This document shows, piece after piece, positions 7,028-14,989 of a stretch of DNA of 24,000 nt; positions within the stretch are counted from its first letter, which is position 1; each line of letters begins with the position of its first letter. The notes under the pieces are model-generated. The model was not told the DNA's origin. It did no database searches and was given only the letters and a program-made list of their open reading frames with translations. Source of the DNA: Mycobacterium phage Papyrus. The position numbers and the translations under genes are program-made. The stretch lies in sequence record KF416342.1; one strand, written 5' to 3'.

Positions 7028-8788
7028 GTGCCACAATCAGACCTCGGAGTTGCCCTTCACAGTAGGCCGTTCCAGCTGGCAGGCGCACGGTTTGCCATGC
7101 GACACAAGAACGTACTGATTGCCGATGAACCTGGACTCGGTAAGACCATCCAAGCCATTGCAGCTGTAACAGGTAACAAGACTACGGGTTCCGTGCTGAT
7201 TGTGGCACCCAAAACCGCTGCGTACGTAACATGGCCAGCTGAGCTACGGCGCTGGTTACACGATCTTGCACCAGATGACCCTGTGCGTATCATCACCGGC
7301 AATGCAGACAAGCGTACTCGCATAGCGTTGCTACGAGATACGGTCAAGTGGGAGACCTCCAGCCAGCGCGCGGGCCAACGCCAGTGGGTTATCGTATCTC
7401 CTAACTACTTACGCTTCAAGATTGAGTGCGATGACAAGGGGCGCTACGTCCATGACGACAAGGGCAACAAGATCATCACCCCGGTACGTGAGGCCCTGAA
7501 GCCTCTGCTGTACATACAGTGGGCTGCCGTGATTGTTGACGAGGCCCACGAAACCCTAGCTGGTGCTACGGGAAACTTGAAGAAGCAAAGTGCTCAGAGC
7601 AGAGGCCTACGTCTGCTTGACATTCGTGACGACGGCATGCGACTTGCGTTGTCTGGCACGCCCTTTCGTGGTAAGCACGAGAACATCTGGGGCATCCTCA
7701 ACTGGATTGACCCTGTGGAGTACAACGCCAATGGTGGCCCTAACTCTTACTGGAAGTGGGTCTACAGGTACTTCCAGGTCTACCACGACGACGTATTCGA
7801 TACGGACGTTATCGGAAAGCTGCGCAGTGAACGCGACTTGCGAGCTGCATTAAAGCCGTACATGATTCGGCGCACCAAGAAGAAAGTGCTACCGGAGCTA
7901 CCGGATAAGCAATACGGCGGCACACCGCTGTACCCAAAGAAGAAGCCTCCCAAAGAGCTACTGGACGCCGTAACCCGCGCGGCGGAGGAGCAGAAGGCCA
8001 ATCCCAAGGCAAGGCTAGGTTACCGGAAGGCACAAGCCAAGCTGGCTGGGTGGTACGACAAGAACAACCCCGTTGCAGTATGGCTTCCGATGGACGGCAA
8101 GCAACGTACAGCCTACAACCAGATGAAGACCCAGGCCATGGCCAACATCGAAGGTGGTACGCTGCTAGCCAATTCGTTGTTGGCTGAGATGACAAGGCTT
8201 AAGCAGTTTGCGAATAGCTATGGGAGACTAGATGAACAGGGCAATTACCACCCTGATATGCCCTCGAACAAATTCGACTGGATACTCCAGTTCCTTAATG
8301 AGAGAGGCATTTACGGCCCAGACCCAAGCGGCAACAGGATCATCATTGCATCCCAGTTCACTAAGCACATCAACCTGTTTGCGCAAGTCTTGTTAGAACA
8401 GTACAAGATACCGAATTACAAGATCACCGGTGCCACCAGTGCAGATGAGAGACTACGGATTCAAGAGGAATTCCAGTCTGGGCAGACGCCGGCTGGTAAG
8501 CCGAGTCCGGAAGTGTTGCTACTGAATACGAAAGCTGGTGGCGTGGGCATCACCCTGGATGCTGCCGACGACATGATCGTGGTGGACAGTACCCACAACG
8601 TGGATGATCAAGTGCAGCTAGAAGATCGGATTCACCGCATCTCCAGGATACATAGCGTTACTATCTGGAACCTTGTTACCAAGGGCACTATCGACGAGAA
8701 GATCTTACGAGCCACCCGTAAGACGGGCCGTAGTCTTAAGCGTATCTTGGACACACCAGAGGCAGCTAAGGACTTGTTGGAGAGCTGA
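7028..8788 (+). CDS. SNF2-family DNA helicase/ATPase
   Basis: RPFQLAGARFAMRHKNVLIADEPGLGKTIQAIAAV (Walker A), IVDEAHE (DEAH-type), LALSGTPFRGK, IIIASQFTKHI, NTKAGGVGITLDAAD...QLEDRIHRI. Confidence 0.93.
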   Translation: MPQSDLGVALHSRPFQLAGARFAMRHKNVLIADEPGLGKTIQAIAAVTGNKTTGSVLIVAPKTAAYVTWPAELRRWLHDLAPDDPVRIITGNADKRTRIALLRDTVKWETSSQRAGQRQWVIVSPNYLRFKIECDDKGRYVHDDKGNKIITPVREALKPLLYIQWAAVIVDEAHETLAGATGNLKKQSAQSRGLRLLDIRDDGMRLALSGTPFRGKHENIWGILNWIDPVEYNANGGPNSYWKWVYRYFQVYHDDVFDTDVIGKLRSERDLRAALKPYMIRRTKKKVLPELPDKQYGGTPLYPKKKPPKELLDAVTRAAEEQKANPKARLGYRKAQAKLAGWYDKNNPVAVWLPMDGKQRTAYNQMKTQAMANIEGGTLLANSLLAEMTRLKQFANSYGRLDEQGNYHPDMPSNKFDWILQFLNERGIYGPDPSGNRIIIASQFTKHINLFAQVLLEQYKIPNYKITGATSADERLRIQEEFQSGQTPAGKPSPEVLLLNTKAGGVGITLDAADDMIVVDSTHNVDDQVQLEDRIHRISRIHSVTIWNLVTKGTIDEKILRATRKTGRSLKRILDTPEAAKDLLES

Positions 8789-8790
8789 GC

Positions 8791-9093
8791 ATGACGTGCT
8801 TCTTACTTACAGTAGGTTCTGGCCTCTTGGGCATCGTCGCAGGTAGTTGGGTCACGTGGCGTGTGAACGAGCGGCTCTTTAATCGTCTGCAGGCCCGTCG
8901 GGCCACCCTGGAGCTGATCAGGGAACTGGAAAACCGCAGAGTCGCAACGGAATCCGACCGTGAGCACCTTGTGCGGGCCAGGGCCGGAGCACCAGCGCGT
9001 GTCAACGACGGGATGACTACTAAGCCAGGCACGCTCGCCCGGTACCTGCGTGATACAGCTGCTGCTAACAAATTCGCCCCGAAACGGGGTTGA
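8791..9093 (+). CDS. Small protein with N-terminal membrane segment
   Basis: MTCFLLTVGSGLLGIVAGSWVTWRVNERL... Confidence 0.6.
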   Translation: MTCFLLTVGSGLLGIVAGSWVTWRVNERLFNRLQARRATLELIRELENRRVATESDREHLVRARAGAPARVNDGMTTKPGTLARYLRDTAAANKFAPKRG

Positions 9094-9174
9094 CAGGCCG
9101 CTGGCGGTGGTGTATCGTTGTCGTCGTCAGGCCACCGGGGCATCCCGGAAGAACGAAAAGGGAAGAGACACAAC

Positions 9175-9624
9175 ATGACTGTTGAGACGACCGAAAAGAC
9201 GGGCCGTGGCGGCGCTCGTGGACCTCGTGTGTTCAAGGACACGCCGACTCCCCGCGACCGGGTGATCAGTGAGTCGTTGGCCGACAAGGTCAAAGAGCTC
9301 ACCGGCAAGACCATTTCGCCGGAGGACTGCCGCGCCGTCAAGTTTAGTCTCTCTCGGTGGTACGAAGACCCTGCCACCAAGGAACTGCTGAACGACATGG
9401 ACGCTCAGCTCAAGAAGGCCAAGGCCAAGGAGAAGGCCGAGAAGGCCCGCAAGCTCCTGGAAGAGGCCCAGCGGGAGCTGGAAGACGCTGAGGAAGACGA
9501 CGATTCGGACGACGCGTCGGACGAGGACACCCAGGCCGCTGCTGCGGACGAGGACGACGAGGACGACGAGGACTCGTTGTTCGACGACGAGGACGAGGAC
9601 GACAAGGTCAGCGCGACCTTCTGA
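9175..9624 (+). CDS. Hypothetical protein with very acidic C-terminal tail
   Basis: ATG 9175 behind gggaagaga; C-terminus DDEDDEDSLFDDEDEDDKVSATF. ORF track start 9118 has no SD. Confidence 0.7.
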   Translation: MTVETTEKTGRGGARGPRVFKDTPTPRDRVISESLADKVKELTGKTISPEDCRAVKFSLSRWYEDPATKELLNDMDAQLKKAKAKEKAEKARKLLEEAQRELEDAEEDDDSDDASDEDTQAAAADEDDEDDEDSLFDDEDEDDKVSATF

Positions 9625-9640
9625 TCCGGTCCTCTAGGGC

Positions 9641-9743
9641 AGCTACCGAATTGGGGATTAAGTAGCCCCACTACCATCCTCTGGTGAAGAAGATTGCACG
9701 GCCTCCCCGTACAGCCACGCAATGTCTCCCCAGTTCGGTAGCT
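9641..9743 (+). ncRNA. Structured element A
   Basis: agctaccgaattgggga (9641-9657) pairs with tccccagttcggtagct (9727-9743), 17 bp with one wobble; internal hairpins cacta/tggtg and attgcacgg/ccgt...gcaat. Confidence 0.6.
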
Positions 9744-9750
9744 CTAAAGG

Positions 9751-9820
9751 GTAGAGAGACATCGACACTCAGCACGTATTGAGTAGCCCCTCGGCAGGCT
9801 GAAAACGTCTGTCTCTCTAC
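9751..9820 (+). ncRNA. Structured element B
   Basis: gtagagagac (9751-9760) pairs with gtctctctac (9811-9820); inner actca/tgagt and agcc/ggct; shares an agtagcccc motif with element A. Confidence 0.55.
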
Positions 9821-9826
9821 TCCTTA

Positions 9827-9841
9827 GGGCAGGACCTGCCC
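9827..9841 (+). other. Short perfect hairpin
   Basis: gggcag-gac-ctgccc; no U-tract. Confidence 0.4.
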
Positions 9842-9845
9842 TCCA

Positions 9846-9933
9846 GTGACCGGGGTACGCACCAGCGAAGAGTCAAGTACAGTCCCTCCAAGCCTGGAAG
9901 ACCCAGTAGCACAGAGCCTCTGCCCCGGTACAC
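9846..9933 (+). ncRNA. Structured element C
   Basis: gtgaccggggta (9846-9857) pairs with tgccccggtacac (9921-9933), 12 bp with one bulge. Confidence 0.5.
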
Positions 9934-9967
9934 GGGAATTGTTCTTACACAGTTGAATATACTTCGA

Positions 9968-10046
9968 GCCTGATCGATAGGCAGTAGCAATGCTGCTGAA
10001 AGGCCGGTTGATCCCCGGTCGCCTAGTAATCCTAGGTAACTCAGGC
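9968..10046 (+). ncRNA. Structured element D, multibranched
   Basis: gcctga/tcaggc outer; taggc/gccta; agtagc-aat-gctgct; ggccgg/ccggtc. Confidence 0.45.
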
Positions 10047-10393
10047 AATCCAGTACCTTCGCCCATCTGAACGGTGGTGGGACGCAGGCAAGCAGAGCGG
10101 GCCAGGCCGATACGGTGAGGCCAGTCGTGTACGCAGCGACTCAAACGCTATAAGCTGCAAGCCTGATGGTTGGTACATGGGAGGGATACATAGTGCGAGT
10201 AGGCATACAAGTGCGGTATCCATGGAGGTCCCAAGGCGTGGTTGGCGAATCACGTAGGGGCTGAAGAGCACAAGTAGCGGGCACGTGAAAGTGCGATGGC
10301 GTGGTGCATTCTGTGGCTCAAAAGGCGACGGAACACCTGGGGCAGCACGTCGTCAGATCGTATGGCCTGGTCTCCCTAAGGGACCACCAAAGC

Positions 10394-10466
10394 GCTCAGG
10401 CAAGAGCACTACCATTGGGAGGTAGCAACGGTGTAAAAGCCGTTTCCGGTTCGACTCCGGCAAAGC
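10394..10466 (+). other. Degenerate or truncated tRNA-like element without a recognisable acceptor stem
   Basis: gctc-aggcaa-gagc (D-arm-like), a, ctacc-attggga-ggtag (anticodon-arm-like, loop would read TGG), aacgg/ccgtt variable-arm-like, ccgg-TTCGACT-ccgg T-arm-like; no 7 bp acceptor found. Confidence 0.35.
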
Positions 10467-10526
10467 AAAAGTCTGTCCCCGCTAGCAACGAAAGTACCCT
10501 AATCCCTAGGGCTTACGCCAACTAGG

Positions 10527-10557
10527 GCACCAGAAGGCTCGCAAGGCCGACTGGTGT
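10527..10557 (+). ncRNA. Structured hairpin
   Basis: gcaccag (10527-10533) pairs with ctggtgt (10551-10557). Confidence 0.35.
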
Positions 10558-10784
10558 TGCTAGACAAAGTAGTGCAGGTAGGGGGAGGCCACCCCTGACC
10601 GAATCGAAACGTCAGCGAGTAGTTCGCTAGTGTAGGTAGTGGTTCCGCCAATCAAACGGGACCGGGTACGGTGGCTGCAAGTGGGAGCTTGCGGACAAGA
10701 AACTAACACATAAGGTTTCGAAAGGCCACTGGGATAGGGTCAAGTCTACGCCCTTCCACCCTAACAACAAGAGGATGGTAACTC

Positions 10785-11954
10785 ATGGATAACGTTCCGT
10801 TGCTACGCAACTCAGAGCGGCACGACTTCAAGCGATGCCCCTTGCGCTGGTGGTGGCGCTATGGCGAGCACCTCGTGCCTGTCAACTTCTCTACTGGCCC
10901 ACTGGTTTTCGGAAGCCTTGGCCACCTTGCCCTAGCAGAGTACTACATTCCAGGCCGCAAGCGCGGAATCGACCCACGCGAGACCTGGGACAAGATTACC
11001 CAAGAGCTATGGGACTCAGTCAAAGTCGAAAAGTTCGTCGACGACGAGATTGAGGGTACTTGGGAGGACGCCCGCGTGCTGGGCCACGAAATGCTCGGGC
11101 ACTACCTGGAACACTACGGCAATGACGAGCACTGGGAAGTCCTGTGGACAGAAGACCAGTTCCACCAACGTATTCCACACCCTGACGACCTACGCAAGCA
11201 GGCCAAGAGACCTCGCCCCATTGTGGAATACGTAGGGACCATAGACCTGATCGTTCGGAATCACATCACAGGTCTGATCGAGTACGTGGACCACAAGTTC
11301 ATGAAAACCATAGAGGTAGATCACCTTTACATTGACGACCAGAACGGTGGTTACCTTGCCATCGGCACACACGAGCTGCGAAAAAGGGGGTTGATTGGGC
11401 CTCGAGAGTCAGTTCGTGTGCTGGTCTACAACTTCCTGCGTAAGGCTAAGCCGGACCAAAGGCCCCGCAACGCTGATGGCAAGTACACCAACCTTCCTAC
11501 CAAGGAAGACTACGTCAAAGCCATTCAGGCATACCTAGACCAGCGTGGCAAAGGCGATATCGGAGACTACATCTCCTCGAGGGCCAAGAAAGAAGAGTAC
11601 GAATCCCTTGCTAAGGGATTGAATTTGGTTGTGCTGGGTGAGGTCTCTAAGAGTCAGCCTGCCCCGTACTTCCACCGGGAGCGCATTGAGCGCACCAATG
11701 CCGAACGCAACGTACAGATCAAGCGCATCGGCCAAGAGGCTTTGGTTATGGAGCAGTTCAGGTCTCGCCGGCTGCCCATCTACAAGACACCAACACGTGA
11801 CTGCAAATGGGACTGTAGCTTTTTCGACCTCTGCCAGATCCACGAAAGCGGTGGAGACGTAGAGTTTGCCAAGAGCCACATGTTCCGCAAAGAAGACCCG
11901 TACCAAGAGTACTACTCTGGTGCAGAGTCACCGAAACTGTTGCGCGACAGGTAG
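10785..11954 (+). CDS. RecB/Cas4-like PD-(D/E)XK nuclease with probable Fe-S cluster
   Basis: LRNSERHDFKRCPLRWWWRY, FGSLGHLALAEYY, VEYVGTIDLI...EYVDHKF, and C-terminal CKWDCSFFDLC. Confidence 0.8.
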   Translation: MDNVPLLRNSERHDFKRCPLRWWWRYGEHLVPVNFSTGPLVFGSLGHLALAEYYIPGRKRGIDPRETWDKITQELWDSVKVEKFVDDEIEGTWEDARVLGHEMLGHYLEHYGNDEHWEVLWTEDQFHQRIPHPDDLRKQAKRPRPIVEYVGTIDLIVRNHITGLIEYVDHKFMKTIEVDHLYIDDQNGGYLAIGTHELRKRGLIGPRESVRVLVYNFLRKAKPDQRPRNADGKYTNLPTKEDYVKAIQAYLDQRGKGDIGDYISSRAKKEEYESLAKGLNLVVLGEVSKSQPAPYFHRERIERTNAERNVQIKRIGQEALVMEQFRSRRLPIYKTPTRDCKWDCSFFDLCQIHESGGDVEFAKSHMFRKEDPYQEYYSGAESPKLLRDR

Positions 11955-11968
11955 ATTCGTGGTACACT
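11940..11968 (+). promoter_or_regulatory. Candidate sigma70-like promoter
   Basis: TTGCGC (11940-11945), 17 nt, TACACT (11963-11968), upstream of the 12052 gene. Confidence 0.35.
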
Positions 11969-12051
11969 GTGGCCACGCTCGAGGACGTACGAGTAACTCT
12001 TAGTAGCACATCGCAATTCGCCTCACGAGTAACTGAGTAAGGGAGACTATT

Positions 12052-12882
12052 ATGCCGACATGGGATGAAGCTGTACAGGATCCAGATATCGTTGCGTTGG
12101 ATGCCATTTCGCCGCACCCAAACTTCATGGTCTACGGGGCCTCTGGCTGTGGTAAGACGGTGCTGGGAGGCAGCGACGACAAGGTGCTGTTCCTCACGTG
12201 TGAGCCAGAGGGTTGCATCAGTGCAAAGCGCATGGGTAGCAATGCAAGACAGGTGATCATCCATCATTGGGACCAGCTGGAAGAGTGGTACGACAAGCTA
12301 TCCGAGTGGGCCGAGGACGGCACCGGCATTCCGTTCAACTGGATCGTGATCGATACCATTAGTGACGCACAGGGATTGTTGTTCGACAAGTTGCTGGATG
12401 AGAAGGGCCTGGACGTAGAGGACTGGCCCACCTACCGCAAGAACCAGAAGATACTGCTACGCTACGTCAAGAAGATGAACCAGCTGCCGGTCAACCTGCT
12501 CTGGTTGGCATGGGACCGTAAGGAAACCGACGCCGACGGTGAGGACTTCTTCTGCCCTGAGATTCACGGCAAGGGCTACTCCATTGCAATGCAAGTGGCA
12601 GCACAGATGACCTCGTACGGTTACATGCAGGTTCGCACCGAACGCAAGCAGGTGATGAAAGATGGTAAGGCAGTAGTCAATCCGAAGACTAAGAAGCCAC
12701 GCACAACGCTAGAGACACATCGCTATATATACTGGCAGGACATTCAAAGCTTGAGAGGCAAGGACCGAACGATGGCGCTGGCCCCGTTCACAAAGGACTT
12801 GACTCTCAGAGACATTCGCCTGAAGGTTGAAAAGGCCTTTGCCGGCGAAGCTGAGAAAACCGATGAGAAAGTAGGGAACTGA
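12052..12882 (+). CDS. Sak4/AAA_24-like phage RecA-family ATPase
   Basis: FMVYGASGCGKTVL Walker A, NWIVIDTISDAQ Walker B, NLLWLAWDRKE; adjacent to nuclease and SSB-like genes. Confidence 0.8.
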   Translation: MPTWDEAVQDPDIVALDAISPHPNFMVYGASGCGKTVLGGSDDKVLFLTCEPEGCISAKRMGSNARQVIIHHWDQLEEWYDKLSEWAEDGTGIPFNWIVIDTISDAQGLLFDKLLDEKGLDVEDWPTYRKNQKILLRYVKKMNQLPVNLLWLAWDRKETDADGEDFFCPEIHGKGYSIAMQVAAQMTSYGYMQVRTERKQVMKDGKAVVNPKTKKPRTTLETHRYIYWQDIQSLRGKDRTMALAPFTKDLTLRDIRLKVEKAFAGEAEKTDEKVGN

Positions 12883-13583
12883 TGCCCAAGGTGATGAAGC
12901 CGCCCACCGATTACGATGACTCGGCGACCAACACAGGCGGTGATTGGTACGATGGCCCACCGCCAAAGCCGGGCCTGTACAAGGGCGTTGTGAAGAAGAT
13001 GCTGCTGTCCAAGGTCACCCAAGGGGAGAAGAAGGGTGAGCAGCGAATCATGGTGATCTGTGAGATCTCTGAGGGCAAGTTCAAGGGAGCCGGTGTCTCC
13101 AAGTGGCTTCAGCTCACCCAGCAAGGCAGCCCGTGGGTCAACCAGTTCCTCCATGCCCTCACCGACGGCAGCGAAGCCCAGAAGGCCGCAATCCGCAAGG
13201 CTTTCAAGGAGATTGGCTTTGCCGTTGACGATGCAGATGCCAAGAAGCGCTACCCGATTGTCCGTATCGGCAAGAAGACCAACCCGATTGGCCGCCCAAT
13301 CAGCTTCGTGACGAAAATGCGTACGGACGACCAGGGAGTCGAACGGGCCGAAATCAGCCGCTTCGTCACACCTCGTGCTGCGGATGACGATGAGGACGAG
13401 GACGATTCGGACGACATCTTGACGGCCGACGACGACACCACAGAGGACGACGGCGACGAGGGCAACGCCGACGACACGTTCGGTGACATGGACTCGGACG
13501 ACGATGCAACCGATGGCGATTCGGAAGACGAAGAGTTGCCGGCTGATGACTCAGACGACGAGGGTGAGCCCTGGGAAGTCTGA
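12882..13583 (+). CDS. Putative single-stranded DNA-binding/DUF669-like protein with acidic tail
   Basis: PPKPGLYKGVVKKMLLSKVTQGEKKGEQRIMVICEI...FKGAGVSKWLQLT; long D/E C-terminus; gene context. Confidence 0.5.
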   Translation: MPKVMKPPTDYDDSATNTGGDWYDGPPPKPGLYKGVVKKMLLSKVTQGEKKGEQRIMVICEISEGKFKGAGVSKWLQLTQQGSPWVNQFLHALTDGSEAQKAAIRKAFKEIGFAVDDADAKKRYPIVRIGKKTNPIGRPISFVTKMRTDDQGVERAEISRFVTPRAADDDEDEDDSDDILTADDDTTEDDGDEGNADDTFGDMDSDDDATDGDSEDEELPADDSDDEGEPWEV

Positions 13584-13592
13584 TCCCAATAC

Positions 13593-13649
13593 GGCGCTAG
13601 GGGAGTCGGGACGGTAACTGACTCGTGGTAACTCGGCTCCCCTAGTGCC
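13593..13649 (+). promoter_or_regulatory. 16 bp stem with 25 nt loop, possible regulatory RNA
   Basis: ggcgctaggggagtcg (13593-13608) pairs along its length with cggctcccctagtgcc (13634-13649), two G-U wobbles; loop carries two GGTAACT copies. Confidence 0.55.
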
Positions 13650-13658
13650 ACAATCCAA

Positions 13659-14612
13659 TTGAACAAGGAATACAACGTGATTTGGGTTAGCCTGCATACA
13701 CATTCGACCTTTTCGTACGGGGACGGGTACGGGCCGGTGGGCGTTCACGTTGACAGAGTTGCAGACCTTGGCATGACCGCGCTGGCGCTCACAGAGCACG
13801 GTAACTGCTCCAGTTGGGTCCAGCTCGAAAAGCATTGTAAGCGTAGGGAAATCAAGCCAATCTTTGGCCTGGAGGCCTACGTTGCCTCAGAGAACCAGCC
13901 ACGCAAGTTCCACATGATCCTTCTCGCGAAAGACGATGAGGGACTACACAATCTGAACTGCATCATTACTGAGAGCTGGAAGACACTCGGGACTACTAGC
14001 AAATCTAAGTTTCCCACCGTTCACGCACCAGTACTGAGGAAGTACAATCGTGGCATCATTGCTCTGTCGGGCTGCGCGGACGGCCCCATCTCTTGCATCC
14101 TGTTGGGTGGAAAGTCATTGGGTGACAAACGATTGGAACCCAGAGACGGGGACATTCAACGAGCCAGGCGTGCAATTGAGAGGTTCCAGGCGATATTTGG
14201 CGACAGGTATTACCTTGAGACCCAGCGATTTTCTGGTCTCGCTCGCACTCGTGCTCTCAACCCGTGTTTCGAAGAACTTAGTAACACAACGGGAGCACGA
14301 ATGGCTGCTACTGCTGATGTGCATTACCCCTACCCGAATGACAATGAGATGCAACGCATTTTGCACGCGGCTCATCGTCAAAGCACTGTTGAAGTTACTG
14401 ATGCTAACTGGGAGTACGACATACTGCTCACGTACCCTGAAACCGATAGGGAGGTATACAGAGACCTTGTGGGAACGGGACTCAGCAAGACGGGAGCCAA
14501 GGCCGCTGTGGAGGCCACGGCAGACATCGCAGAGCAGTGTGATGTAGAGCTGCCCAAGGCACCGCCACCGAAGTATGTACCGGGGGAAAGAGATTGGGAG
14601 CCATGGACGTAG
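13659..14612 (+). CDS. dnaE (N-terminal PHP part): DNA polymerase III alpha PHP domain, split N-terminal part
   Basis: SLHTHSTFSYGDG, LALTEHGNCS, PIFGLEAYV, FHMILLAKDDEG, GIIALSGC, ATADVHY. Confidence 0.88.
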   Translation: MNKEYNVIWVSLHTHSTFSYGDGYGPVGVHVDRVADLGMTALALTEHGNCSSWVQLEKHCKRREIKPIFGLEAYVASENQPRKFHMILLAKDDEGLHNLNCIITESWKTLGTTSKSKFPTVHAPVLRKYNRGIIALSGCADGPISCILLGGKSLGDKRLEPRDGDIQRARRAIERFQAIFGDRYYLETQRFSGLARTRALNPCFEELSNTTGARMAATADVHYPYPNDNEMQRILHAAHRQSTVEVTDANWEYDILLTYPETDREVYRDLVGTGLSKTGAKAAVEATADIAEQCDVELPKAPPPKYVPGERDWEPWT

Positions 14613-14989
14613 AGCGTGTGGACGCACACGAGGAGCTAGTTGAGAAAGTTAAACGGCTCCTAAGGCGTAGGGGCTGGGACATCCTGGTCATTGCGAGGCT
14701 AGGTGGTTGGGTGGAGGCAGTGGACTTCTTTGCCTTCAAGCCAGATCGAGGGGTGGCAGGCATCATCTGCCACGTCAAAGAGGGGCAGGACTACTGTCTG
14801 CGGGCCGCACAGGCTGAACGCTGTGTAGACTGGGACAGCCCGGCATACGTGGTCTATAGCAACGGGGCCACGATACCGGCCAGAGACCTAGCAGCACATG
14901 GGCGCAAAGAGCAGTACGCAGGCCACCACCCGTTCTACAGGTACATTGGGACCAATAGGGTGTACACATTCAACGAGGTGTTCCGGTGA
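14603..14989 (+). CDS. Protein inserted between the dnaE parts; possible degenerate PD-(D/E)XK/VRR-NUC-like fold
   Basis: ATG 14603 overlaps the upstream stop and TGA overlaps the next GTG; HEELVEKVKRLLRRRGWDIL...VDFFAFKPDRGVAGIICHVKEGQ loosely nuclease-like. Confidence 0.7.
   Translation: MDVERVDAHEELVEKVKRLLRRRGWDILVIARLGGWVEAVDFFAFKPDRGVAGIICHVKEGQDYCLRAAQAERCVDWDSPAYVVYSNGATIPARDLAAHGRKEQYAGHHPFYRYIGTNRVYTFNEVFR

Noticed and set aside
8766-9398. Long minus-strand ORF (210 aa), and other minus-strand ORFs across the window
   Set aside because: They overlap well-supported + strand genes, have no SD and show low-complexity Ser/Arg-rich mirror translations.
9480-9615. Acidic low-complexity gac/gag repeats as a DNA repeat element
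   Set aside because: They encode an Asp/Glu-rich tail in frame with variable codons, so composition bias explains them.
9827-9841. gggcag-gac-ctgccc hairpin as a rho-independent terminator
   Set aside because: No T-rich tract follows, and it is about 200 nt after the preceding stop, between other structured elements.
9661-10784. Minus-strand ORFs at 9824..10144 and 10041..10271, and + strand ORF 10301..10525
   Set aside because: Short, without SD, with compositionally odd translations (e.g. RVPGQRLCATGSSRLGG) and overlapping strong stem structures.
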